A stretch of 64,000 bases of DNA, taken from positions 3,224,001 through 3,288,000 of the forward strand of contig CATNEN010000024.1 of the NCBI GenBank assembly GCA_950097015.1, read 5' to 3'. The notes under the pieces are model-generated. The model was not told the origin of the DNA. It was given only the letters and a program-made list of their open reading frames with translations, and made no database searches. Source of the stretch: Macrostomum hystrix (taxonomy: Eukaryota; Animalia; Platyhelminthes). This document shows, piece after piece, positions 27,691-41,100 of this stretch. How positions within the stretch are numbered: the stretch's first letter is position 1; each line of letters begins with the position of its first letter. The position numbers and the translations under genes were made by a program.

Positions 27691-28600
27691 GGTAGCCACG
27701 GGGGCGAAAGTGGTAGCTTCGGGGCGGATGGGGTAGCTATGCGTGCGGATTGCATAGCTACCGGGGCGGATGGGGTAGCTACGGGCGTTGCGTTGAGGCA
27801 TGCAAAATCAATCCTTTTATCGTCCTATGAGAGCAGATCCAGGTAAGCTCAGCATTTTATTCTCATGCGAAGTCTATTTTGTCCTTCAATCATGCACTAA
27901 GTAAAATTACTTAAAACATACTTTCATTTGGTAAAGGTTGCCCGATTGCATTTTTTAGTTCAAAACAATCTCAATTTTCAAGCATTTTCAGGCATGTAAT
28001 GAGAAGAAGAAATTTACTTTACTAAAAAATATATTTTTGCGCATGCTGTTTGTCTCTCTATCAACTCATAGAGGCGTCATTCTTATTCGGGATGTGTTGA
28101 CAGCTAAACAATAATTTCAGGACCAGGACCGTATCGTCCCATGGGCAAGCATGCAATGCCCTAGATGCATACTCGTATGCACACTTATCTCCATATTTTA
28201 TTAAATTGCAAATTTCGAAAATGCGCACAAGCGTGTCATTCTTCGGCAGTAAGGACTGGCGTCGCGTTTCTTCTTAAAGACTGCCTTTTTGGTCGGTTAA
28301 GAAATATAATTAACGACTGTTTGTGAAAACACATCTTCTATGTGTTTATATAGCCACACTTTATATAGTATAACTGTATGCAATTAAATGTACTCGCACA
28401 TTTTGATTTGTCTGAACAGGCAACTTTACTGCAGACTTTGCGCCACATGGCACGATTTAGAAACAGCTTTTGCTTTGCTTTCCCAGGAAACTTGTGAGAG
28501 CCAACACGAGAAACTTTTTGGTACTTTTCCTGCTGCATGTTTGGGGAAGGAATAATATCTACCTGCTCACCGATACTCACACTTACTCGACGGTACTGTC

Positions 28601-29204
28601 AATTCGGTGAACTCGGTGAATCAGTGAACTCGGTGAATCAGTGAACTCGGTGAATCAGTGAACTCGATGAATCAGTGAACTCGGTGAATCAGTGGATTCG
28701 GGGTGAATCAGTGAATTCGGTGAATCAGTGAACTCGGTGAATCAGTGAACTCGGTGAATCAGTGGATTCGGTGAATCAGTGAACTCGGTGAATCAGTGAA
28801 CTCGGTGAATCAGTGGACTCGGTGAATCAGTGGATTCGGTGAATCAGTGAACTCGGTGAATCAGTGAACTCGGTGAATCAGTGAACTCGGTGAATCAGTG
28901 AACTCGGTGAATCAGTGAACTCGGTGAATCAGTGAACTCGGTGAATCAGTGGATTCGGTGAATCAGTGAACTCGGTGAATCAGTGAACTCGGTGAATCAG
29001 TGAACTCGGTGAATCAGTGGATTCGGTGAATCAGTGAACTCGGTGAATCAGTGAACTCGGTGAATCAGTGGATTCGGTGAATCAGTGAACTCGGTGAATC
29101 AGTGAACTCGGTGAATCAGTGAACTCGGTGAATCAGTGAACTCGGTGAATCAGTGGATTCGGTGAATCAGTGGATTCGGTGAATCAGTGAATTCGGTGAA
29201 TCAG
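28601..29204 (+). repeat. 17-bp minisatellite (GGTGAATCAGTGAACTC/GGATTC), left arm of an inverted pair
   Basis: About 35 units. Its reverse complement forms the array at 30084-30745. Confidence 0.96.
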
Positions 29205-30083
29205 GCTTCAGTTAATCAAAGTGCTTTTGCCTCAATGTCGTTTTTTATATTGTATTTTGATCATTACGTGGTTTGCTTTCGATGATCGGGCTTAGTTATA
29301 AAATTGTTTCAGATTTTTAGAAAAGTAATGCAGCCTTCTGCAAAAAAGGTTATTTATCCATTGTTTACCTGCTGAGTGGCACAACTTGTATGCAGATGAT
29401 TATTTTATCTTATTATTCTTGTAAGCCAAGTAGTTTAGAATTAGCTCAATAGAGATAGGCAATTGAGGTTTCTCCCTTCCGGGCAAACATTTTTGGGAGC
29501 AGAAATAAAGAAATGAGTCGATTCGTTCGGGCAATGCATTATAGCATCAATTGGCTTAGTGTTTCATGCTGGCACCTCTGCAGATAAGTATGGCAAATCA
29601 TGCCTTGCATTTTGGGCCTGGTGCATGCCCTCGCACCAATGTTGACATAGCCAGCAATAGCCCGTGCTTCAACTGAAGGTGCGCACCCCGCAGTGGCGTG
29701 ATCTGTGACGTCACTTATCCCGTCAACTTGCTCCTCCTCCTTTCGCATTCTCGCAATGCTAAATCTTGAGCATTTCAATTCTGTAATCTCTCACTGAATT
29801 TAAACTCAAATTAATAATCCCGCATTTGAATCCGAGCAAAGTTTGCTGACTAGACTTTGAAGTTAAATTGTCAACACAGGCTGACCGAGTCGATGGTCGT
29901 CATGGTCTCTTGGTTATGGGCAAACAATCATCGACATGTCCGCGGATGAGCAGGTGTGCTCAGGGTGTTCTCAAAACTGTTACATATTACCTGAAGGTGC
30001 TGTCACTCCTAACATAAACACATGTCTTTTTCCATAACTAATATTATGAGCTCAATAAAAATATCCGATTCACATAACCTAAA

Positions 30084-30745
30084 GATTCACCGAATCCACT
30101 GATTCACCGAATCCACTGATTCACCGAATCCACTGATTCACGGAATCCACTGATTCATCGAATCCACTGATTCACCGAATCCACTGATTCACCGAATCCA
30201 CTGATTCACCGAATCCACTGATTCACCGAATCCACTGATTCACCGAATCCACTGATTCACCGAATCCACTGATTCACCGAATCCACTGATTCACCGAATC
30301 CACTGATTCACCGAATTCACTGATTCACCGAGTTCACTGATTCACCGAGTTCACTGATTCACCGAGTTCACTGATTCACCGAATTCACTGATACACTGAA
30401 TCCACTGATTCACCGAATCCACTGATTCACCGAGTTCACTGATACACCGAATCCACTGATTCACCGAGTTCACTGATACACCAAATCCACTGATTCACCG
30501 AGTTCACTGATTCATCGAGTTCACTGATTCATCGAGTTCACTGATTCACCGAATCCACTGATTCACCGAATCCACTGATTCACCAAATCCACTGATTCAC
30601 CGAGTTCACTGATTCACCGAATCCACTGATTCATCGAGTTCACTGATTCACCGAATCCACTGATTCATCGAGTTCACTGATTCACCGAATCCACTGATTC
30701 ACCGAATCCACTGATTCACCAAATCCACTGATTCACCGAGTTTAC
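30084..30745 (-). repeat. 17-bp minisatellite (GATTCACCGAATCCACT/GAGTTCACT), right arm of an inverted pair
   Basis: About 39 units, the reverse complement of the 28601 array unit with the same two variants. Confidence 0.96.
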
Positions 30746-33700
30746 TAATTTGCCAAATCCAGATTTACGGAATCGAGATGCACGATGCATAGATTTTCGC
30801 AACTTAGCAACAAAATTTCGCTGACACTTTTTGTGGCACGTGGGAATTAACCAATGGCATTTTTTATTGCGGGCCTGTACACTGCTGTTCCACTTTAGGG
30901 AAAAGTTCTCCCAGCGGAGATCTGCATCTGAAATGATTTTTTAAAGGTTTCTTTCATATCCCACATGATGCATAATACTTCTGCGTAATACACTGTACTT
31001 TTGCAAGTATACTATCGTATTATATGTTCCTTGCTTTCTGTTGCTATGCCTATAAAAAGCTAACAGAAATTTGACACACACGGGTAATAACTAGTTTTCA
31101 TAGCGCGCAAATGTTTCAAAATTAGAGATAAAGTTTGATTTATTTCGAAACGCGTAGTTACAAGAGTTATGTCTGCATAAATATATTCAATGATTCTAAA
31201 TGCGCGGCACTTTTCGTGTGCACTGCAGTTATTATAATTCGTTCAACAGTCGCTTTTGCTTTCTTAAGTTTGCCGGAGTCGTCAGAGCTATATTTCTTCA
31301 TGTTATTGAATGGATAAAGAGCAATAAATTTACTGACGAATCGTACAAATAGATGCCGATGGCATATACATTTGTCATGCAACGATGCTAAAAGGCAGTA
31401 TTGGTAGGCAAGGACTACTTAATAGTAATATAATAGTATACGTAAAATATGTCATTACAATGAAATAATTGCATTATATTACTATTAAGCAGTACATGTT
31501 AGTAAGCGAAAATAAAATAAAAGATCAGCTGCATATCAAGGACCGCAAGTAGTTAGCTCAACTTTAGTAGTTCTTGGTGCATATTTGGTCTCGATTGGAT
31601 AGTGAATACAGGAAACAAAGGCTCGTATGAAGCAGCTAAGACTGCACTGTTTGGTCTATTGTTTGGTCTTCCTCTTTTGAACTATTTGCACATGCCTATC
31701 TATTCTTTCCAAGGATCACGTACTAGATTTTTCCCCCTCCCTCGATCAACTGTTTAATAATGTTCAACTTATTATTTCGTATTTTATAAAAAGAACTAAT
31801 AAGGCTGGTTTTTAGACATAAAAAAGTCCTTATATATAAGTTGCCTTTCAGATTTGTAAAAATTTCTTTTTTAAATTAAATAAATGACACGTTTGTTTTG
31901 TCATCATCTCATCATCAATGATGGTTCTAAGAAAGAATGAATTTGGATACGAACCAAAATTCCTGAACTTTTACAATAAGATTATGTCAAACCTTAAAAT
32001 TGTGATTTTTGTGCAGATAGTTTCTGTACAATTGCTGTATCATAATCGAATATTAAATCAGGTTATTAAATATAACAGTGTGTGCTGTTTATAAAAATAA
32101 ATACATTTTGGCTGGCTACAATGCAAAAGCTAACTATCTTGTTTTGTATATTCTTGGCAGTAATTATATATTATAAACTTTAAGACTAAGCCTAGTCACT
32201 CCTTTTATCTAGTTTGAAATAATTTTTTTTTCTTTTCTTGGTGTATAGCTTGGCATATGCCACCATGACAACAGGTGGAGGCGAACAACAAGGTTTTAAG
32301 TCCCATCCAGAACCATGAACCATACATAAAAAATGACCAAGTTCAAGTTTTGCATAGCATAGTATCTGTGTGCATAATTTAAAATGGAGTAGCTAAATGT
32401 TGATCAAAGAAAAGCTCCTTAAAATTAACAGAAAACTTGAATGAAAATCATGTTTTATACATTTGATTAGTGTTTATTTTCACATTATTTTGTGTAATTT
32501 TGTTATATGTGATTATACTTTTCTTGGCTGCATATTTTCGTGTACCATATCGTCCATATGAGTCCATTGGTGTACATTGGCATTGAGGAGCTAGGGAAGG
32601 GAATTTTGTTCCAGCATACACCAGTACACAATCCTGACACTGGATAGGCCTAGTTCATCTATCTTTGACATTTAGTATTTAATATTGTATTAGTTGCAAC
32701 TTGCAAGCTCTGTACTTCATGACTTTTATCACATTTTTATTGGATTCAGATCTTTTTAAAGAGTTTAATTAAGTAGATTATACAAATTTCTGACTAACTA
32801 ATGCTGGTTTATTTACTTATCATTCTAATTGCTTTGATTTCAGTAAAAAGTTTATAACTCAAATGGAATATATTTGCAAATGAAACTGCACTATCGCTAA
32901 CGATCTTAATAATTGGTAGCCAGCAAGCCACTTCAATTAAAATGAGCTAATTTGTCATGTTGAATCTGTTATAAAAGCATATTCTAGCAATGGAAATAAT
33001 AGAAGTAAGTTACCTTTGCATGCAAGTATGGCTCATATGGATATAGCTATCAGTATAAGGCTTTGTTTTTTATGCCTGTTTTGATAAATTTTACTAAGTC
33101 CACTATCACAAACTGTCCTATCATACATACATGCGCAACACCCAGCCAACCCGGCCGAACTGGCCAGGTGAAATGAGGGCCAAGCAAGGTAAGTTGCAAA
33201 AACCAATTGACCAAGCGCAAAAAATCAAAAGGGGGACCAAGGGTCAAAAAAGGAAGACGTGAAGAAAAGGAAAAAGGGGAGAGAAAAAGAGAGCAAATGA
33301 GAGCAAACTAAGTTTTAAATAGAGCAATGAAATGAACTAAGTTGTAAATGAGAGCAAAAACTAAGTCGCTAAGATTTAGGAGGTCGCGCATGTATGCTAT
33401 CATATACGTATAATTTTGTCATGTATGTTTAGTTAACTATTCTAGCTAAAGAGACATTCATAGGTATTACTAAATGTTTTTGTTCATATTTTGCATTTTT
33501 GCCAATGTACCATAACTCCAAAATAAACTGCTGTGTTGCCTTCTATTGAAATTTTGTAACCTAAAAGCTATATAACAAATAGCTTTGTCAAATTGATAGT
33601 ATTATATAAGAGTTCAAACATAATCTTGAAACATTAGGGTATGATTCATTAGGGTACACCTAATGTTCTATCTTATACATTTTCAATTTTAAGTATGACA

Positions 33701-34078
33701 AAGAAGTTTATATAGATTCACCAAAAACATTGCCAATAAAATGGCTAGTAGAAAGCTAATGCTTGTTTACAAAATTGTAGGTTTAAGCAAATTATAATTT
33801 GATGGTTGTAATTTTTGCATTGCTGCATTCTAAGAAGTTTAATTTTTGTTGCATATGTACATATTGTTAGTAATATCAAAGCTACTCAAACTTATGTAAT
33901 ATGTTTAGATTTTAAAATCTATGTAACCTAATCCTAAAACATGATATCAGAAAATGTCCGAAGAAGTGTGTCAACTAGTAAATATCTAAATTAGCAGCAA
34001 ATTCGACAGCTATTAGAGAAACAAATAATGGACTCTACTCTAGAAAACTCTAACTAATATGGTTAAATTCCAGTAGCC

Positions 34079-34450
34079 ATGCGCCGAGCCCAACAGAATA
34101 CACAGCCACAGCAGCCTCAATCCTATAGTGGCTTCAGTGGTGGCAGCTTCGCCACCACAACCAGTCAGGAGCAGGTTGAGCACGAGAATGACCGGCTAAC
34201 TAATCAGTTGCGCAGTAAAGTATCCGAACTGAAGCACCTCAGCATTAACATTGGGGCGGAGATACGCGACCAGAATGGCATGCTGGGCAATATGCAGAGC
34301 GACTTTGATAGATCCGAAGCGGTTCTCAAAGCTTCTATGTCCAAACTGTTGCACATTAGCAAGACTGTGTGGAGCTCCAATAAGTTGTTGATTAACCTGC
34401 TACTATTCGCTCTGTTTGTTTTCCTTATTATTTGGTTGCTGTATAGATAA
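34079..34450 (+). CDS. BET1: BET1 Golgi Qc-SNARE (123 aa), single coding exon
   Basis: MRRA start; SNARE motif EHENDRLTNQLRSKVSELKHLSINIGAEIRDQNGML...DFD; C-terminal TM LLLFALFVFLIIWLL. These resemble BET1 orthologues. Confidence 0.92.
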   Translation: MRRAQQNTQPQQPQSYSGFSGGSFATTTSQEQVEHENDRLTNQLRSKVSELKHLSINIGAEIRDQNGMLGNMQSDFDRSEAVLKASMSKLLHISKTVWSSNKLLINLLLFALFVFLIIWLLYR

Positions 34451-35014
34451 GAAATCAGTACTCTCTGGTCTGGGTTAAAAAACTCTTTAATCTGACTATT
34501 ATAAATGTTTACACTGGCTACTTTTCGCACACCAACGTGCAGATTCAGAATTGTCATTCCCAGTTATTTATAATCAGATGTGATTGTATTATCTGCATGA
34601 ACGTTTGGATGACGTTTTGATTTAAATCAGCCAGAACATCTCTAATCACACTACTTAACAGTAGTGTAACTAGCAAATAAATGCTTGATATAATAGCGAT
34701 CTGTCTTGCTTAGGTTTCTGTGAAGCGATTCCTGCATTATATACTATTTTGGATTCTGATCCCATCAGAATAACGAACTCGTTAGATAAAAATGTAAATC
34801 AATAGATTCTTTGAGGGCCTTCTGTCTGTGCTTTATTGCTTGGTTGTTAAATTAATGAAAAGTTCGCTTTATTTTTTGCCCTTATGAAATATACTATTTG
34901 TCTTGGTGATTTTCTAAATTATTCGCGTCGCGAAAATTGACAGTTCGGCTATCTAAAAACATATTTTTTACTTGCTGCATAATAGTTCTATATGCACATT
35001 GCTTTGACAAACCT

Positions 35015-35770
35015 ACTCTCTCACCTGTCTGTTCTTTCTCCCTCACTCTCTCACCTGCCTGTTCTTTCTCCCTCACTCTCTCACCTGCCTGTTCTTTCTC
35101 CCTCACTCTCTCACCTGCCTGTTCTTTCTTCCCTCACTCTCTCACCTGCCTGTTCTTTCTCCCTCACTCTCTCACCTGCCTGTTCTTTCTCCCTCACTCT
35201 CTCACCTGCCTGTTCTTTCTCCCTCACTCTCTCACCTGCCTGTTCTTTCTTCCCCACTCTCTCACCTGACTGTTCTTCCTTCCCCACTCTCTCATCTGCC
35301 TGTTCTTTCTTCCTCACTCTCTGACCTGCCTGTTCTTTCTTCCCTCACTCTCTCACCTGCCTGTTCTTCCTTCCCCACTCTCTCACCTGCCTGTCCTTCC
35401 TTCCCCACTCTCTCACCTGACTGTTCTTCCTTCCCCACTCTCTCACCTGACTGTTCTTCCTTCCCCACTCTCTCACCTGCCTGTTCTTTCTTCCCCACTC
35501 TCTCACCTGCCTGTTCTTTCTCCCTCACTCTCTCACCTGCCTGTTCTTTCTCCCTCACTCTCTCACCTGCCTGTTCTTTCTCCCTCACTCTCTCACCTGC
35601 CTGTTCTTTCTTCCCCACTCTCTCACCTGACTGTTCTTCCTTCCCTCACTCTCTCACCTGCCTGTTCTTCCTTTCCCACTCTCTCACCTGACTGTTCTTT
35701 CTTCCCCACTCTCTCACCTGCCTTTTCTTTCTTCCCCACTCTCTCACCTGCCTGTTCTTTCTTCCTCACT
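35015..35770. repeat. 30-bp polypyrimidine minisatellite (CTCTCTCACCTGCCTGTTCTTTCTCCCTCA)
   Basis: About 25 units. Confidence 0.96.
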
Positions 35771-36444
35771 ATTTTGCCTGTTCCTTCTTGCCGTTATTTC
35801 ACAAGTCACCTGTGTGTTCTTTCTACCCTGCCTCTTCTATCCCTCCCGTCTCTGCCTCTCACGTTCTATTTATTTGACATTACCGACCGCTGAAACAGAC
35901 TGAAAAGTCAGATTCCAAGCTATTTGTTAACAATGGAGCACGGCAGTGAAGCAACTAAATGAGAATTCCAGCGATCACAAATAAGCCGATCAATGCTCCG
36001 TTTATTATACGGGGTAGGTATATGTGAGATGATTAAATCTGATAAAATTCACTGTGCAGTTTGTATGGGGAATGATTTGAATAAGAAAGCATTATTTAAA
36101 AAAATCTTTTTCAAATTCGCGTGACTGTTGCTGAGCCAGTTGCGGTCCAAGCCAGCAGCTTCTGCACGTTTCGGCTTGCACGGCGACAGCTGCTTATCGA
36201 CTTTACCAGCGGCTGAAAGAAAACTAAGCCTTGATTTATTGACTTTTTGCACTAGACATGAGTATTTCAAGGCCGCCTGACTCAACTTTTATAAACAAAC
36301 AGGGGATATTGCTTGGGGCGTGCAATCTGGCAGAAACCCTGTTAACGAATTCCTCGCATTTTCATTCTTTTGTTGCCTTCCCAGCCCTTGGGACTGCAGT
36401 GATTTAGTAAGCCTCTATCATGCCTAGCAGATCCAGAACTCCCC

Positions 36445-36860
36445 TATCTCATCTCTCCCCTGTCTCATCTCTCCCCTGTCTCATCTCTCCCCTGTCTCAT
36501 CTCTCCCCTGTCTCATCTCTCCCCTGTCTGATCTCTCCCCTGTCTCATCTCTCCCCTGTCTGATCTCTCCCCTGTCTCATCTCTCCTCTGTCTCATCTCT
36601 CCCCTGTCTCATCTCTCCCCTGTCTCATCTCTCCCTTGTCTCATCTCTCCCCTGTCTCATCTCTCCCCTGTCTCATCTCTCCCCTGTCTGATCTCTCCCC
36701 TGTCTCATCTCTCCCCTGTCTCATCTCTCCCCTGTCTCATCTCTCCCGTCTCATCTCTCCCCTGTCTCATCTCTCCCTTGTCTGATCTCTCCCCTGTCTC
36801 ATCTCTCCCGTCTCATCTCTCCCGTCTCATCTCTCCCCTGTCTCATTTCTCCCTGTCTAA
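36445..36860. repeat. 16-bp minisatellite (TCTCATCTCTCCCCTG)
   Basis: About 26 units. The reverse complement resembles the 22700 array unit. Confidence 0.95.
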
Positions 36861-38115
36861 TCACTCTCCTGTCTCATAACTCAGCAGTCTTGTTGATCCT
36901 GTTCTCATATCTCCCCTGTCCTCTCCCCTGTTCTCACAACTCTGCTATTCTTTCTCTTCTTTTAATTAGAAGTTTTTTGTCAGTGAAAGGAAACAGACAC
37001 ATCTGCACAAAGCAGTTGTTTCACCTTTTAATTCTATTAGAAATCGACTGTTAATAGCTCGTATATGACAAGTTAAGGCACCAACTACGGAGAGCTGGCG
37101 ACCTTCGAGAATCATCCACAAAAATATTCTTGGCCTATATTTCTTTCGTAAGATTTACTGCCTTCTAAAGTTGACTCTGGTTTAGACTCACGCCTGTAGT
37201 ACTCAAGGCAAGAAAATGTGATTGCTTTTCTTAATATTGGAATATATAGAGTAAGGCAGCATTTAGTTGTCTAGGAGTTCGCAGGAAGGTGCGATAAGCC
37301 TGGGTCACATAAAGTTTCTTATTCATTCTCTCTCTAGATACTTCACCAAGAATTGATTGCACTCTCGAGGCCCCAGCCCTCTGAGCTGTTGCATCTATCG
37401 CTTGGCGCGTTCAATTAGGTCTCTTGCGTCGTCATAGCAACTATGGAATTGTTTAACAGCCTCTTACTAACTGCTGTTGCTAAGAAGTTTCTTAATAATA
37501 AAAAGAATAACGAAACGCTCCACTTGAAGACAAGCCACAGGCGTCGCTGACAGAACAGAAGGCGGCGTCAGTCGGGCTTGCTTGCACAGGGAGATGGTCG
37601 TCCTTTAAGCTGTCCATTGAGCGCCTTCTACACGAGAAAGTTGCTCAAGTTGGTTTTTTAAGTCCGCTAGTCTAAACGACATGTCATAATGCGTAGCCTT
37701 GTGAAAAAGTACATCAGGAATCAGGAAAGAATGAAATAATCAATAATTAAAAAGGTACAGTACTGGCTGAAGAGACTACACTCAATTCCAAACGTCTTCA
37801 GTGGCAGCCAAGAAATCACTGCGGCAGCAAGAATTATATTTTTTCCACGTGAAACTGAAAGCGGTTCCACATAGTTACTGCAGTGTAACCACTACTCGCA
37901 GTAACCTATGGCACTGAAGGCTTGATTTATTGACTCAAGCTACAGCTCGCGCTTGGGATTGGTTGGGACAACGGCTGATCTCACTTTCGATCGGATTGGG
38001 CGGAAAGCTTTCAAATGTCTATAAGGTGTCTAGTATACTTCAGAGCCACAATTCGAGATTGTGCGCTTAAGAAAAGGACGAAAAATTTACGAGAATCTCC
38101 AGTGCGATCGGCTTT

Positions 38116-41100
38116 ATGGATGCTGGGACTTTGTCGGATCCGGTAAGACTCTGCGAATCTCTTCTCTGCGCGGACCTTAATTCATCAAAGGAAAAGCAAT
38201 CAGAAAATTCAATTTAAATGTTCGAGGGAATAAATAAAACGTTGGATTATTTGGCTAAATCTCTTCTGAGCTGTTCCTAGTCGGAATGATTTCCTCGATT
38301 TCTAGCGGAGGTAGCAATTAAAATCCTCACAAATATACGCCACTCGTGTTTCATGCAGGTTTCACAAAATTTTCAGTTTTGTATTTGTACGAGTATAATA
38401 TAATCGGTTTCTGTAATTGAGCTCTGGAACCACTTGACGCTTGAAACCTGTACCCCTCGAGTTACCTTGAGTTTTAAATAAACAATGGTCAATGACCACT
38501 TTAGGAGGCAGAGTGTCCGAGCGGTTAACTCGTTTGCCTCTCGCATCGAGGTCCCTGAGCTCGATTCCGCGGTGAGGCCACATTCATTTGAGGCACAGCC
38601 GCGTAGAGAAGGCTTGGAGGCTTATGAAATTTACGCCCTTGAGGGCCAACCTTCAAGGCACATTAAAAATGTACATTGCCCGATGATGAGAAAGTCAGGG
38701 CAGATTTACACCGCTGTGTGAATGCGTGCCTGCGTACGGTATCTGTGTGCGTGTGTGCTCAGGAGTCAGCGAAATGGGCAGAAATGCCTCCTCGCTGGCT
38801 GCCGGTCTAGTGCGAGTCTACTGTCATCAAAGTGCCAGTCCCCATTGCCCTAATTAAAATATTATTGCATTATTATAATAACGACTTTAACAAGTGATAG
38901 CACTAGTGATTACACCTGCACTAATTGGGTCATTCCTTGGGCTGGCGGGGATCACAAGCCCTGAATTACCCAATCTAATGCTGATACCAATTTAATAGCT
39001 GAGTGAACTGAAGCAATGCAGTTTTAAATGTTTTGCTAAAGGACACAATTTGTTCCAGTGGAGTCGGGAATCGAGCCCCAAACCTTCACGTCGTGAGTCC
39101 GACGTGCTAACCACTAGGCTAAAACCCCATCATACGATAAACAAGCGATCACAGGCCTCCAACTTGATTGGCTTGGGTCAAGGTCACGTGCTTTTGTTGA
39201 AGTTGGCTTATGTAGGGTATCTAAAAATAGATTGAAAAAATCTGCATTTCAATCTTCACCGTCCAATCAAAACTCATCAGGCGAACGCCAGCGAGCTGGA
39301 TGTGATCCGTCTGGTTCGCATTGTCATCTCCAGCCGTCAGGGTCTGGATGCCTCCGAGGTTTGTTTAATCACCCTGTATGCATTGATCTCAGCAGCCTCG
39401 CTGGCTGGCAACGGCCTATTCCTGTTTCTAAGCTTCCGCTACAGAGGCCTGCGGCGTCACATCTCGTACATCATGATGAGCCTGGCCGGCTCGAATCTTC
39501 TGGTCACGTGCATCTGCGTGCCAGCCTCGGTTTACCGACTGTTCTATCTGAACTGGAGCCTCGGCGAGATCGGCTGCAAGCTGGTCATGTTTGTTGAGTG
39601 TGAGTTAAACTCTGTTAGTACGAATGAATCACGCGCCTCAAGAGTAGAAAGACCACGCTATTCTGCCTATGCCTATCTAGTGGTGGTTTTTTCCACCAGA
39701 CACCCCGACTAAAATCATTGAATATTTCGACGATGCGGTTGATTTGTGATTCTGAAAGTTGTTTCATCGGCTAGAGCGGAAAATTTTAGCCCGTGTTCTT
39801 GATTTTCATGGCGATTTGTTGAATATTATGGGAGATACCGCCGTGGTCTTCCCACTGTAAAAGCCAGAAAATGTGTCTAAAATTTACGCAAACCCGGAAA
39901 ATTTAAATGTTGCGCTTTGCACTTTTTCTGTCAAGAAATATCTCGAAAATTTATCTTGAAGGTGAATTTTCACAAAGAAAGTTCGAAAACGAACAAAATA
40001 TAGTTAAATTACTGATTTAAGTGACATTTATTCATATCACTACCAACGACCAACGCAACACATCAGTAAAAAATATCTTTTTTCTGTATTATAAAAATGA
40101 AGATGCCAGCAAATCACAAATATTTAAGGAACAAGAACAAGAGCTACTGTGGTTAGTGCAAGCAAGTGACTCTGGCAATTTATTTTTGTTTTAAATCTGA
40201 ACTTGCGTCAAACACATCTGAGTTAATGAGCCCTAGTCTGACTCGTGTTTGCCAATATCTGAAAGAAGTCTTCCTTAATATTTCTTGTTTTTCGAAGATT
40301 TTTTCCACACAATTCCGTAAATGAGGGCACAAGTCCGCACAACTTCTGCTTGAAAAGTTTGCATACGGCTGATTGAAGGCGAAATTTGTGGGACGCAAAT
40401 TGCTTGGTTATACGTCGTAGCTCTGTTTATCAACACTTTGCCAATTTCTATGTTGACTGTCAGCGCACTGAAGCAGTGGGGGAAGTTGACACACGTCAGG
40501 ACACTGAAGCAGTGGGGGTGTTGACTGCCAGGACACTAAAGCAGTGGGGGTGTTGACTGTCAGGACACTGAAGCAGTGGGGGAAGTTGACTGCCAGGACA
40601 CTGAAGCAATGTGGGTGTTGACTGTCAGGACACTGAAGCAGTGGGGGAAGTTGACTGTCAGGACACTGAAGCAATGTGGGTGTTGACTGTCAGGACACTG
40701 AAGCAGAAGTTGACTGTCAGGACACTGAAGCAGTGGGGTGTTGACTGTCAGGCAGCGCTGGTTTTAAGCTTCCTTACAATGGGGTTCCATTTCTGACACC
40801 TGTCCGCAGCTCTCGCCCTGGCCGTGAACAGTTTCTCCCTGGCCACAGTTGCCATCATACGAGCCCGCCAGAGCGCCCTGATGATTCCGCCCGGCCGCGG
40901 CTCGAATAGCGGACTCTGCCTGGTGGTGCCCGCCACCTGGCTTATCGCCGCTGTCGTCAGCGTGCCCGCTCTATTCGCCGTATCACTTGAGCACGTCTGC
41001 ATGGCCGACCTGCTCAACCTGACGGCTCTGATTGACTCACCCGGCGCGCAAAATTTCACAGCCGCCTATCTGGAACGCACCGCCGCAGCCAGACCTGTGA

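Noticed and set aside
27800-28500. Possible plus-strand exons (donor at 27843; acceptor at 28420, QLYCRLCATWHDLE...) or a minus-strand exon at 28338-28580
   Set aside because: Both strands give plausible short frames, and neither could be linked into a gene model.
36049-36285. GC-rich minus-strand ORF (AAGKVDKQLSPCKPKRAE...)
   Set aside because: No clear donor, partner exons or homology.
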